Under the pieces are notes generated by a model, which was not told where the DNA came from, made no database searches, and saw only the letters and a list, made by a program, of their open reading frames with translations. A stretch of 64,000 bases of DNA from Auanema rhodensis (taxonomy: Eukaryota > Animalia > Nematoda): the NCBI GenBank assembly GCA_964057225.1, contig OZ059896.1, positions 22,630,001 through 22,694,000 of the forward strand, in the 5' to 3' direction. Positions 52,201 to 64,000 of the stretch are shown here, piece after piece. Positions within the stretch are counted from its first letter, which is position 1, and each line of letters starts with the position of its first letter. The position numbers and the translations under genes are program-made.

Positions 52201-55028
52201 CAGATTTGCGCTAGCTTAAAAATGCACCGAGATATCAACTGATATAAGTTCACACTTATATCATCGATTTTCACCCTGAAGAATTAATTTTTTCGTTGAA
52301 TAACATTGTCCATCGTCTTTGCCTTAAAAAAAAAATCTAAAAACATCTACTTTTTGCTAAATTATTCTGAAATTTTTTGAAAACATTTTTGTCAAAATGT
52401 TTTTGGAAGCAATGTTGATTGTACATGGAAACTCAACATACACTAATGCATCATTTTTCAAACGATCATAACTAATTTTTGTATTGAGCGTTTCTCAATG
52501 TGGTATAGTGCATTCGATGCGGATTTTTAAGCTGCGTCGATCTGTATTATCAGATTTGCGCTAGTTTAAAAATGCACCGAGATATCAACTGATATAAGTT
52601 CACACTTATATCCTCGATTTTCACCCTGAAGAATTGATTTTTTCGTTGAATAACATTGTCCATCGTTTTTGCCTTGAAAAAAGAAATCTAAAAACATCTA
52701 CTTTTTGCTAAGTTATTTTGAAATTTTTCGAAAAAATTTTTGTCAAAATGTTTTTGGAAGCAATGTTGAGTGTACATGGAAACTCAACATACACTAATGC
52801 ATCATTTTTCAAACGATCATAACTAATTTTTGTATTAAGCGTTTCTCAATGTGGTATAGTGCATTCGATGCGGATTTTTAAGCTGCGTCGATCTGTGTTA
52901 TCAGATTTGCGCTAGTTTAAAAATGCACCGAGATATCAACTGATATAAGTTCACACTTATATCCTCGATTTTCACCCTGAAGAATTGATTTTTTCGTTGA
53001 ATAACATTGTCCATCGTTTTTGCCTTGAAAAAAGAAATCTAAAAACATCTACTTTTTGCTAAGTTATTTTGAAATTTTTCGAAAAAATTTTTGTCAAAAT
53101 GTTTTTGGAAGCAATGTTGAGTGTACATGGAAACTCAACATACACTAATGCATCATTTTTCAAACAATCTTAACTAATTTTTGTATTAAGCGTTTCTCAA
53201 TGTAGTATAGTGCATTCGATGCGGATTTTTAAGCTGCGTCGATCTGTGTTATCAGATTTGCGCTAGCTTAAAAATGCACCGAGATATCAACTGATATAAG
53301 TTCACACTTATATCCTCGATTTTCACCCTGAAGAATTAATTTTTTCGTAGAATAACATTGTCCATCGTCTTTGCCTTGAAAAAAGGAATCTAAAAACATC
53401 TACTTTTTGCTAAATTATTTTGAAATTTTTCGAAAAAATTTTTGTCAAAATGTTTTTGGAAGCAATGTTGATTGTACATGGAAACTCAACATACACTAAT
53501 GCATCATTTTTCAAACGATCATAACTAATTTTTGTATTAAGCGTTTCTCAATGTAGTATAGTGCATTCGATGCGGATTTTTAAGCTGCGTCGATCTGTGT
53601 TATCAGATTTGCGCTAGCTTAAAAATGCACCGAGATATCAACTGATATAAGTTCACACTTATATCATCGATTTTCACCCTGAAGAATTAATTTTTTCGTT
53701 GAATAACATTGTCCATCGTCTTTGCCTTAAAAAAAAAATCTAAAAACATCTACTTTTTGCTAAATTATTCTGAAATTTTTTGAAAACATTTTTGTCAAAA
53801 TGTTTTTGGAAGCAATGTTGATTGTACATGGAAACTCAACATACACTAATGCATCATTTTTCAAACGATCATAACTAATTTTTGTATTGAGCGTTTCTCA
53901 ATGTGGTATAGTGCATTCGATGCGGATTTTTAAGCTGCGTCGATCTGTATTATCAGATTTGCGCTAGTTTAAAAATGCACCGAGATATCAACTGATATAA
54001 GTTCACACTTATATCCTCGATTTTCACCCTGAAGAATTGATTTTTTCGTTGAATAACATTGTCCATCGTTTTTGCCTTGAAAAAAGAAATCTAAAAACAT
54101 CTACTTTTTGCTAAGTTATTTTGAAATTTTTCGAAAAAATTTTTGTCAAAATGTTTTTGGAAGCAATGTTGAGTGTACATGGAAACTCAACATACACTAA
54201 TGCATCATTTTTCAAACGATCATAACTAATTTTTGTATTAAGCGTTTCTCAATGTGGTATAGTGCATTCGATGCGGATTTTTAAGCTGCGTCGATCTGTG
54301 TTATCAGATTTGCGCTAGTTTAAAAATGCACCGAGATATCAACTGATATAAGTTCACACTTATATCCTCGATTTTCACCCTGAAGAATTGATTTTTTCGT
54401 TGAATAACATTGTCCATCGTTTTTGCCTTGAAAAAAGAAATCTAAAAACATCTACTTTTTGCTAAGTTATTTTGAAATTTTTCGAAAAAATTTTTGTCAA
54501 AATGTTTTTGGAAGCAATGTTGAGTGTACATGGAAACTCAACATACACTAATGCATCATTTTTCAAACAATCTTAACTAATTTTTGTATTAAGCGTTTCT
54601 CAATGTAGTATAGTGCATTCGATGCGGATTTTTAAGCTGCGTCGATCTGTGTTATCAGATTTGCGCTAGCTTAAAAATGCACCGAGATATCAACTGATAT
54701 AAGTTCACACTTATATCCTCGATTTTCACCCTGAAGAATTAATTTTTTCGTAGAATAACATTGTCCATCGTCTTTGCCTTGAAAAAAGGAATCTAAAAAC
54801 ATCTACTTTTTGCTAAATTATTTTGAAATTTTTCGAAAAAATTTTTGTCAAAATGTTTTTGGAAGCAATGTTGAGTGTACATGGAAACTCAACATACACT
54901 AATGCATCATTTTTCAAACGATCATAACTAATTTTAGTATTAAGCGTTTCTCAATGTAGTATAGTGCATTCGATGCGGATTTTTAAGCTGCGTCGATCTG
55001 TGTTATCAGATTTGCGCTAGCTTAAAAA

Positions 55029-58000
55029 TGCACCGAGATATCAACTGATATAAGTTCACACTTATATCATCGATTTTCACCCTGAAGAATTAATTTTTTC
55101 GTTGAATAACATTGTCCATCGTCTTTGCCTTAAAAAAAGGAATCTAAAAACATCTACTTTTTGCTAAATTATTCTAAAATTTTTCGAAAAAATTTTTGTC
55201 AAAATGTTTTTGGAAGCAATGTTGAGTGTACATGGAAACTCAACATACACTAATGCATCATTTTTCAAACGATCATAACTAATTTCTGTATTAAGCGTTT
55301 CTCAATGTAGTATAGTGCATTCGATGCGGATTTTTAAGCTGCGTCGATCTGTGTTATCAGATTTGCGCTAGCTTAAAAATGCACCGAGATATCAACTGAT
55401 ATAAGTTCACACTTATATCATCGATTTTCACCCTGAAGAATTAATTTTTTCGTTGAATAACATTGTCCATCGTCTTTGCCTTAAAAAAAGGAATCTAAAA
55501 ACATCTACTTTTTGCTAAATTATTCTAAAATTTTTCGAAAAAATTTTTGTCAAAATGTTTTTGGAAGCAATGTTGAGTGTACATGGAAACTCAACATACA
55601 CTAATGCATCATTTTTCAAACGATCATAACTAATTTCTGTATTAAGCGTTTCTCAATGTAGTATAGTGCATTCGATGCGGATTTTTAAGCTGCGTCGATC
55701 TGTGTTATCAGATTTGCGCTAGCTTAAAAATGCACCGAGATATCAACTGATATAAGTTCACACTTATAGCCTCGATTTTCACCCTGAAGAATTAATTTTT
55801 TCGTTGAATAACATTGTCCATCGTCTTTGCTTTGAAAAAAGGAATCTAAAAACATCTACTTTTTGCTAAATTATTTTGAAATTTTTCGAAAAAATTTTTG
55901 TCAAAATGTTTTTGGAAGCAATGTTGAGTGTACATGGAAACTCAACATACACTAATGCATCATTTTTCAAACGATCATAACTAATTTCTGTATTAAGCGT
56001 TTCTCAATGTAGTATAGTGCATTCGATGCGGATTTTTAAGCTGCGTCGATCTGTGTTATCAGATTTGCGCTAGCTTAAAAATGCACCGAGATATCAACTG
56101 ATATAAGTTCACACTTATATCATCGATTTTCACCCTGAAGAATTAATTTTTTCGTTGAATAACATTGTCCATCGTCTTTGCCTTAAAAAAAGGAATCTAA
56201 AAACATCTACTTTTTGCTAAATTATTCTGAAATTTTTCGAAAAAATTTTTGTCAAAATGTTTTTGGAAGCAATGTTGAGTGTACATGGAAACTCAACATA
56301 CACTAATGCATCATTTTTCAAACGATCATAACTAACTTCTGTATTAAGCGTTTCTCAATGTAGTATAGTGCATTCGATGCGGATTTTTAAGCTGCGTCGA
56401 TCTGTGTTATCAGATTTGCGCTAGCTTAAAAATGCACCGAGATATCAACTGATATAAGTTCACACTTATAGCCTCGATTTTCAACCTGAAGAATTAATTT
56501 TTTCGTTGAATAACATTGTCCATCGTCTTTGCTTTGAAAAAAGGAATCTAAAAACATCTACTTTTTGCTAAATTATTTTGAAATTTTTCGAAAAAATTTT
56601 TGTCAAAATGTTTTTGGAAGCAATGTTGAGTGTACATGGAAACTCAACATACACTAATGCATCATTTTTCAAACGATCATAACTAATTTTTGTATTAAGC
56701 GTTTCTCAATGTAGTATAGTGCATTCGATGCGGATTTTTAAGCTGCGTCGATCTGTGTTATCAGATTTGCGCTAGCTTAAAAATGCACCGAGATATCAAC
56801 TGATATAAGTTCACACTTATATCATCGATTTTCACCCTGAAGAATTAATTTTTTCGTTGAATAACATTGTCCATCGTCTTTGCCTTAAAAAAAGGAATCT
56901 AAAAACATCTACTTTTTGCTAAATTATTCTAAAATTTTTCGAAAAAATTTTTGTCAAAATGTTTTTGGAAGCAATGTTGAGTGTACATGGAAACTCAACA
57001 TACACTAATGCATCATTTTTCAAACGATCATAACTAATTTCTGTATTAAGCGTTTCTCAATGTAGTATAGTGCATTCGATGCGGATTTTTAAGCTGCGTC
57101 GATCTGTGTTATCAGATTTGCGCTAGCTTAAAAATGCACCGAGATATCAACTGATATAAGTTCACACTTATATCATCGATTTTCACCCTGAAGAATTAAT
57201 TTTTTCGTTGAATAACATTGTCCATCGTCTTTGCCTTAAAAAAAGGAATCTAAAAACATCTACTTTTTGCTAAATTATTCTAAAATTTTTCGAAAAAATT
57301 TTTGTCAAAATGTTTTTGGAAGCAATGTTGAGTGTACATGGAAACTCAACATACACTAATGCATCATTTTTCAAACGATCATAACTAATTTCTGTATTAA
57401 GCGTTTCTCAATGTAGTATAGTGCATTCGATGCGGATTTTTAAGCTGCGTCGATCTGTGTTATCAGATTTGCGCTAGCTTAAAAATGCACCGAGATATCA
57501 ACTGATATAAGTTCACACTTATAGCCTCGATTTTCACCCTGAAGAATTAATTTTTTCGTTGAATAACATTGTCCATCGTCTTTGCTTTGAAAAAAGGAAT
57601 CTAAAAACATCTACTTTTTGCTAAATTATTTTGAAATTTTTCGAAAAAATTTTTGTCAAAATGTTTTTGGAAGCAATGTTGAGTGTACATGGAAACTCAA
57701 CATACACTAATGCATCATTTTTCAAACGATCATAACTAATTTCTGTATTAAGCGTTTCTCAATGTAGTATAGTGCATTCGATGCGGATTTTTAAGCTGCG
57801 TCGATCTGTGTTATCAGATTTGCGCTAGCTTAAAAATGCACCGAGATATCAACTGATATAAGTTCACACTTATATCATCGATTTTCACCCTGAAGAATTA
57901 ATTTTTTCGTTGAATAACATTGTCCATCGTCTTTGCCTTAAAAAAAGGAATCTAAAAACATCTACTTTTTGCTAAATTATTCTGAAATTTTTCGAAAAAA

Positions 58001-61000
58001 TTTTTGTCAAAATGTTTTTGGAAGCAATGTTGAGTGTACATGGAAACTCAACATACACTAATGCATCATTTTTCAAACGATCATAACTAACTTCTGTATT
58101 AAGCGTTTCTCAATGTAGTATAGTGCATTCGATGCGGATTTTTAAGCTGCGTCGATCTGTGTTATCAGATTTGCGCTAGCTTAAAAATGCACCGAGATAT
58201 CAACTGATATAAGTTCACACTTATAGCCTCGATTTTCAACCTGAAGAATTAATTTTTTCGTTGAATAACATTGTCCATCGTCTTTGCTTTGAAAAAAGGA
58301 ATCTAAAAACATCTACTTTTTGCTAAATTATTTTGAAATTTTTCGAAAAAATTTTTGTCAAAATGTTTTTGGAAGCAATGTTGAGTGTACATGGAAACTC
58401 AACATACACTAATGCATCATTTTTCAAACGATCATAACTAATTTCTGTATTAAGCGTTTCTCAATGTAGTATAGTGCATTCGATGCGGATTTTTAAGCTG
58501 CGTCGATCTGTGTTATCAGGTTTGCGCTAGCTTAAAAATGCACCGAGATATCAACTGATATAAGTTCACACTTATATCCTCGATTTTCACCCTGAAGAAT
58601 TAATTTTTTCGTTGAATAACATTGTCCATCGTCTTTGCCTTGAAAAAAGGAATCTAAAAACATCTACTTTTTGCTAAATTATTTTGAAATTTTTCGAAAA
58701 AATTTTTGTCAAAATGTTTTTGGAAGTAATGTTGAGTGTACATGGAAACTCAACATACACTAATGCATCATTTTTCAAACGATCATAACTAATTTTTGTG
58801 TTAAGCGTTTCTCAATGTAGTATAGTGCATTCGATGCGGATTTTTAAGCTGCGTCGATCTGTGTTATCAGATTTGCGCTAGCTTAAAAATGCACCGAGAT
58901 ATCAACTGATATAAGTTCACACTTATATCCTCGATTTTCACCCTGAAGAATTAATTTTTTCGTTGAATAACATTGTCCATCGTCTTTGCCTTAAAAAAAG
59001 GAATCTAAAAACATCTACTTTTTGCTAAATTATTCTGAAATTTTTCGAAAAAATTTTTGTCAAAATGTTTTTGGAAGCAATGTTGAGTGTACATGGAAAC
59101 TCAACATACACTAATGCATCATTTTTCAAACGATCATAACTAATTTCTGTATTAAGCGTTTCTCAATGTAGTATAGTGCATTCGATGCGGATTTTTAAGC
59201 TGCGTCGATCTGTGTTATCAGATTTGCGCTAGTTTAAAAATGCACCGAGATATCAACTGATAAAAGTTCACACTTATATCCTCGATTTTCACCCTGAAGA
59301 ATTGATTTTTTCGTTGAATAACATTGTCCATCGTTTTTGCCTTGAAAAAAGAAATCTAAAAACATCTACTTTTTGCTAAGTTATTTTGAAATTTTTCGAA
59401 AAAATTTTTGTCAAAATGTTTTTGGAAGCAATGTTGAGTGTACATGGAAACTAAACATACACTAATGCATCATTTTTCAAACGATCATAACTAATTTTTG
59501 TATTAAGCGTTTCTCAATGTAGTATAGTGCATTCGATGCGGATTTTTAAGCTGCGTCGATCTGTGTTATCAGATTTGCGCTAGTTTAAAAATGCACCGAG
59601 ATATCAACTGATATAAGTTCACACTTATATCCTCGATTTTCACCCTGAAGAATTGATTTTTTCGTTGAATAACATTGTCCATCGTCTTTGCCTTAAAAAA
59701 AGGAATCTAAAAACATCTACTTTTTGCTAAATTATTCTGAAATTTTTCGAAAAAATTTTTGTCAAAATGTTTTTGGAAGCAATGTTGAGTGTACATGGAA
59801 ACTCAACATACACTAATGCATCATTTTTCAAACGATCATAACTAACTTCTGTATTAAGCGTTTCTCAATGTAGTATAGTGCATTCGATGCGGATTTTTAA
59901 GCTGCGTCGATCTGTGTTATCAGATTTGCGCTAGCTTAAAAATGCACCGAGATATCAACTGATATAAGTTCACACTTATAGCCTCGATTTTCAACCTGAA
60001 GAATTAATTTTTTCGTTGAATAACATTGTCCATCGTCTTTGCTTTGAAAAAAGGAATCTAAAAACATCTACTTTTTGCTAAATTATTTTGAAATTTTTCG
60101 AAAAAATTTTTGTCAAAATGTTTTTGGAAGCAATGTTGAGTGTACATGGAAACTCAACATACACTAATGCATCATTTTTCAAACGATCATAACTAATTTC
60201 TGTATCAAGCGTTTCTCAATGTAGTATAGTGCATTCGATGCGGATTTTTAAGCTGCGTCGATCTGTGTTATCAGGTTTGCGCTAGCTTAAAAATGCACCG
60301 AGATATCAACTGATATAAGTTCACACTTATATCCTCGATTTTCACCCTGAAGAATTAATTTTTTCGTTGAATAACATTGTCCATCGTCTTTGCCTTGAAA
60401 AAAGGAATCTAAAAACATCTACTTTTTGCTAAATTATTTTGAAATTTTTCGAAAAAATTTTTGTCAAAATGTTTTTGGAAGTAATGTTGAGTGTACATGG
60501 AAACTCAACATACACTAATGCATCATTTTTCAAACGATCATAACTAATTTTTGTGTTAAGCGTTTCTCAATGTAGTATAGTGCATTCGATGCGGATTTTT
60601 AAGCTGCGTCGATCTGTGTTATCAGATTTGCGCTAGCTTAAAAATGCACCGAGATATCAACTGATATAAGTTCACACTTATATCCTCGATTTTCACCCTG
60701 AAGAATTAATTTTTTCGTTGAATAACATTGTCCATCGTCTTTGCCTTAAAAAAAGGAATCTAAAAACATCTACTTTTTGCTAAATTATTCTGAAATTTTT
60801 CGAAAAAATTTTTGTCAAAATGTTTTTGGAAGCAATGTTGAGTGTACATGGAAACTCAACATACACTAATGCATCATTTTTCAAACGATCATAACTAATT
60901 TCTGTATTAAGCGTTTCTCAATGTAGTATAGTGCATTCGATGCGGATTTTTAAGCTGCGTCGATCTGTGTTATCAGATTTGCGCTAGTTTAAAAATGCAC

Positions 61001-61346
61001 CGAGATATCAACTGATAAAAGTTCACACTTATATCCTCGATTTTCACCCTGAAGAATTGATTTTTTCGTTGAATAACATTGTCCATCGTTTTTGCCTTGA
61101 AAAAAGAAATCTAAAAACATCTACTTTTTGCTAAGTTATTTTGAAATTTTTCGAAAAAATTTTTGTCAAAATGTTTTTGGAAGCAATGTTGAGTGTACAT
61201 GGAAACTAAACATACACTAATGCATCATTTTTCAAACGATCATAACTAATTTTTGTATTAAGCGTTTCTCAATGTAGTATAGTGCATTCGATGCGGATTT
61301 TTAAGCTGCGTCGATCTGTGTTATCAGATTTGCGCTAGTTTAAAAA
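55029..61346. repeat. Overlapping serial 5-monomer duplications (1755-bp period)
   Basis: G148A marks 55029/55380 and 56784/57135. T255C marks 56082, 57837 and 59592. A333G, A262G, T23A and C213A each recur 1755 bp apart. Confidence 0.85.
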
Positions 61347-64000
61347 TGCACCGAGATATCAACTGATATAAGTTCACACTTATATCCTCGATTTTCACCC
61401 TGAAGAATTGATTTTTTCGTTGAATAACATTGTCCATCGTCTTTGCTTTGAAAAAAGGAATCTAAAAACATCTACTTTTTGCTAAATTATTTTGAAATTT
61501 TCCGAAAAAATTTTTGTCAAAATGTTTTTGGAAGCAATGTTGAGTGTACATGGAAACTCAACATACACTAATGCATCATTTTTCAAACGATCATAACTAA
61601 TTTTTGTATTAAGCGTTTCTCAATGTAGTATAGTGCATTCGATGCGGATTTTTAAGCTGCGTCGATCTGTGTTATCAGATTTGCGCTAGCTTAAAAATGC
61701 ACCGAGATATCAACTGATATAAGTTCACACTTATATCCTCGATTTTCACCCTGAAGAATTAATTTTTTCGTAGAATAACATTGTCCATCGTCTTTGCCTT
61801 AAAAAAAGGAATCTAAAAACATCTACTTTTTGCTAAATTATTCTGAAATTTTTCGAAAAAATTTTTGTCAAAATGTTTTTGGAAGCAATGTTGAGTGTAC
61901 ATGGAAACTCAACATACACTAATGCATCATTTTTCAAACGATCATAACTAATTTCTGTATTAAGCGTTTCTCAATGTAGTATAGTGCATTCGATGCGGAT
62001 TTTTAAGCTGCGTCGATCTGTGTTATCAGATTTGCGCTAGCTTAAAAATGCACCGAGATATCAACTGATATAAGTTCACACTTATATCCTCGATTTTCAC
62101 CCTGAAGAATTAATTTTTTCGTTGAATAACATTGTCCATCGTCTTTGCCTTAAAAAAAGGAATCTAAAAACATCTACTTTTTGCTAAATTATTCTGAAAT
62201 TTTTCGAAAAAATTTTTGTCAAAATGTTTTTGGAAGCAATGTTGAGTGTACATGGAAACTCAACATACACTAATGCATCATTTTTCAAACGATCATAACT
62301 AATTTCTGTATTAAGCGTTTCTCAATGTAGTATAGTGCATTCGATGCGGATTTTTAAGCTGCGTCGATCTGTGTTATCAGATTTGCGCTAGCTTAAAAAT
62401 GCACCGAGATATCAACTGATATAAGTTCACACTTATATCCTCGATTTTCACCCTGAAGAATTAATTTTTTCGTAGAATAACATTGTCCATCGTCTTTGCC
62501 TTGAAAAAAGGAATCTAAAAACATCTACTTTTTGCTAAATTATTTTGAAATTTTTCGAAAAAATTTTTGTCAAAATGTTTTTGGAAGCAATGTTGAGTGT
62601 ACATGGAAACTCAACATACACTAATGCATCATTTTTCTAACGATCATAACTAATTTTTGTATTAAGCGTTTCTCAATGTAGTATAGTGCATTCGATGCGG
62701 ATTTTTAAGCTGCGTCGATCTGTGTTATCAGATTTGCGCTAGCTTAAAAATGCACCGAGATATCAACTGATATAAGTTCACACTTATATCCTCGATTTTC
62801 ACCCTGAAGAATTAATTTTTTCGTTGAATAACATTGTCCATCGTCTTTGCTTTGAAAAAAGGAATCTAAAAACATCTACTTTTTGCTAAATTATTTTGAA
62901 ATTTTCCGAAAAAATTTTTGTCAAAATGTTTTTGGAAGCAATGTTGAGTGTACATGGAAACTCAACATACACTAATGCATCATTTTTCAAACGATCATAA
63001 CTAATTTCTGTATTAAGCGTTTCTCAATGTAGTATAGTGCATTCGATGCGGATTTTTAAGCTGCGTCGATCTGTGTTATCAGATTTGCGCTAGCTTAAAA
63101 ATGCACCGAGATATCAACTGATATAAGTTCACACTTATATCCTCGATTTTCACCCTGAAGAATTAATTTTTTCGTTGAATAACATTGTCCATCGTCTTTG
63201 CCTTAAAAAAAGGAATCTAAAAACATCTACTTTTTGCTAAATTATTCTGAAATTTTTCGAAAAAATTTTTGTCAAAATGTTTTTGGAAGCAATGTTGAGT
63301 GTACATGGAAACTCAACATACACTAATGCATCATTTTTCAAACGATCATAACTAATTTCTGTATTAAGCGTTTCTCAATGTAGTATAGTGCATTCGATGC
63401 GGATTTTTAAGCTGCGTCGATCTGTGTTATCAGATTTGCGCTAGCTTAAAAATGCACCGAGATATCAACTGATATAAGTTCACACTTATATCCTCGATTT
63501 TCACCCTGAAGAATTAATTTTTTCGTAGAATAACATTGTCCATCGTCTTTGCCTTGAAAAAAGGAATCTAAAAACATCTACTTTTTGCTAAATTATTTTG
63601 AAATTTTTCGAAAAAATTTTTGTCAAAATGTTTTTGGAAGCAATGTTGAGTGTACATGGAAACTCAACATACACTAATGCATCATTTTTCTAACGATCAT
63701 AACTAATTTTTGTATTAAGCGTTTCTCAATGTAGTATAGTGCATTCGATGCGGATTTTTAAGCTGCGTCGATCTGTGTTATCAGATTTGCGCTAGCTTAA
63801 AAATGCACCGAGATATCAACTGATATAAGTTCACACTTATATCCTCGATTTTCACCCTGAAGAATTAATTTTTTCGTTGAATAACATTGTCCATCGTCTT
63901 TGCCTTAAAAAAAAGGAATCTAAAAACATCTACTTTTTGCTAAATTATTCTGAAATTTTTCGAAAAAATTTTTGTCAAAATGTTTTTGGAAGCAATGTTG

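Larger units (their letters stand above)
1..64000. repeat. Tandem satellite DNA array, 351-bp monomer, about 182.6 copies, single orientation, extends beyond both window edges
   Basis: TGCACCGAGATATC recurs at 1, 352, 703, 1054 ... 63453, 63804 with a 351-bp period. Exceptions are one +1 unit (12637), ten 350-bp units and one 281-bp unit (14042). Units differ from consensus at roughly 1-11 positions. No non-repeat interruption seen. Confidence 0.99.

Noticed and set aside
1-64000. CRISPR array or other repeat-spacer system
   Set aside because: There are no unique spacers, since the whole 351 bp repeats, and no cas or other genes are present.
1-64000. Information-encoding or programmed variation in the order of monomer variants
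   Set aside because: The order is adequately explained by nested tandem duplication, unequal exchange and conversion. Nothing in the sequence indicates a templated diversification system.
1-64000. Pure assembly artefact or rolling-circle concatemer of a single unit
   Set aside because: Hierarchically nested, region-specific shared SNPs are not expected from random read error on one template. Individual exact block duplications could still be mis-assemblies and need read support.

Overview
The whole 64-kb window is one uninterrupted, single-orientation, head-to-tail satellite DNA array. It holds 182 complete copies plus one partial copy of a 351-bp AT-rich monomer (about 31% GC by hand count). 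I see no genes, RNA genes, transposon ORFs, CRISPR spacers or unique sequence. The single ORF in the track is a by-product of a 70-bp deletion in one monomer. The structure lies at two other scales. (1) Inside the monomer: two perfect 9-bp inverted repeats with centres 175/176 bp apart (half a monomer), a TTTTTCGAAAAA palindrome, and a roughly 118-bp degenerate concentric dyad (offsets 247-364) whose interior is removed by the only large deletion. (2) Across the array: five recurrent monomer subtypes tend to keep the cyclic order A-B-S-C-E (a loose higher-order repeat), overlaid by 3-7-monomer tandem block duplications and longer-range copies (7.7 kb and 17.1 kb apart) traceable by private SNPs. 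One complex mutation (14729-14744) turns a quasi-palindrome into a perfect 16-bp palindrome, as expected from template switching. The source is probably eukaryotic (peri)centromeric or heterochromatic DNA from a lineage with little CpG depletion; this is inference and the species was not identified. 'Offset' means position within the monomer, with offset 1 at the T of TGCACCGAGA. All counts were done by eye.
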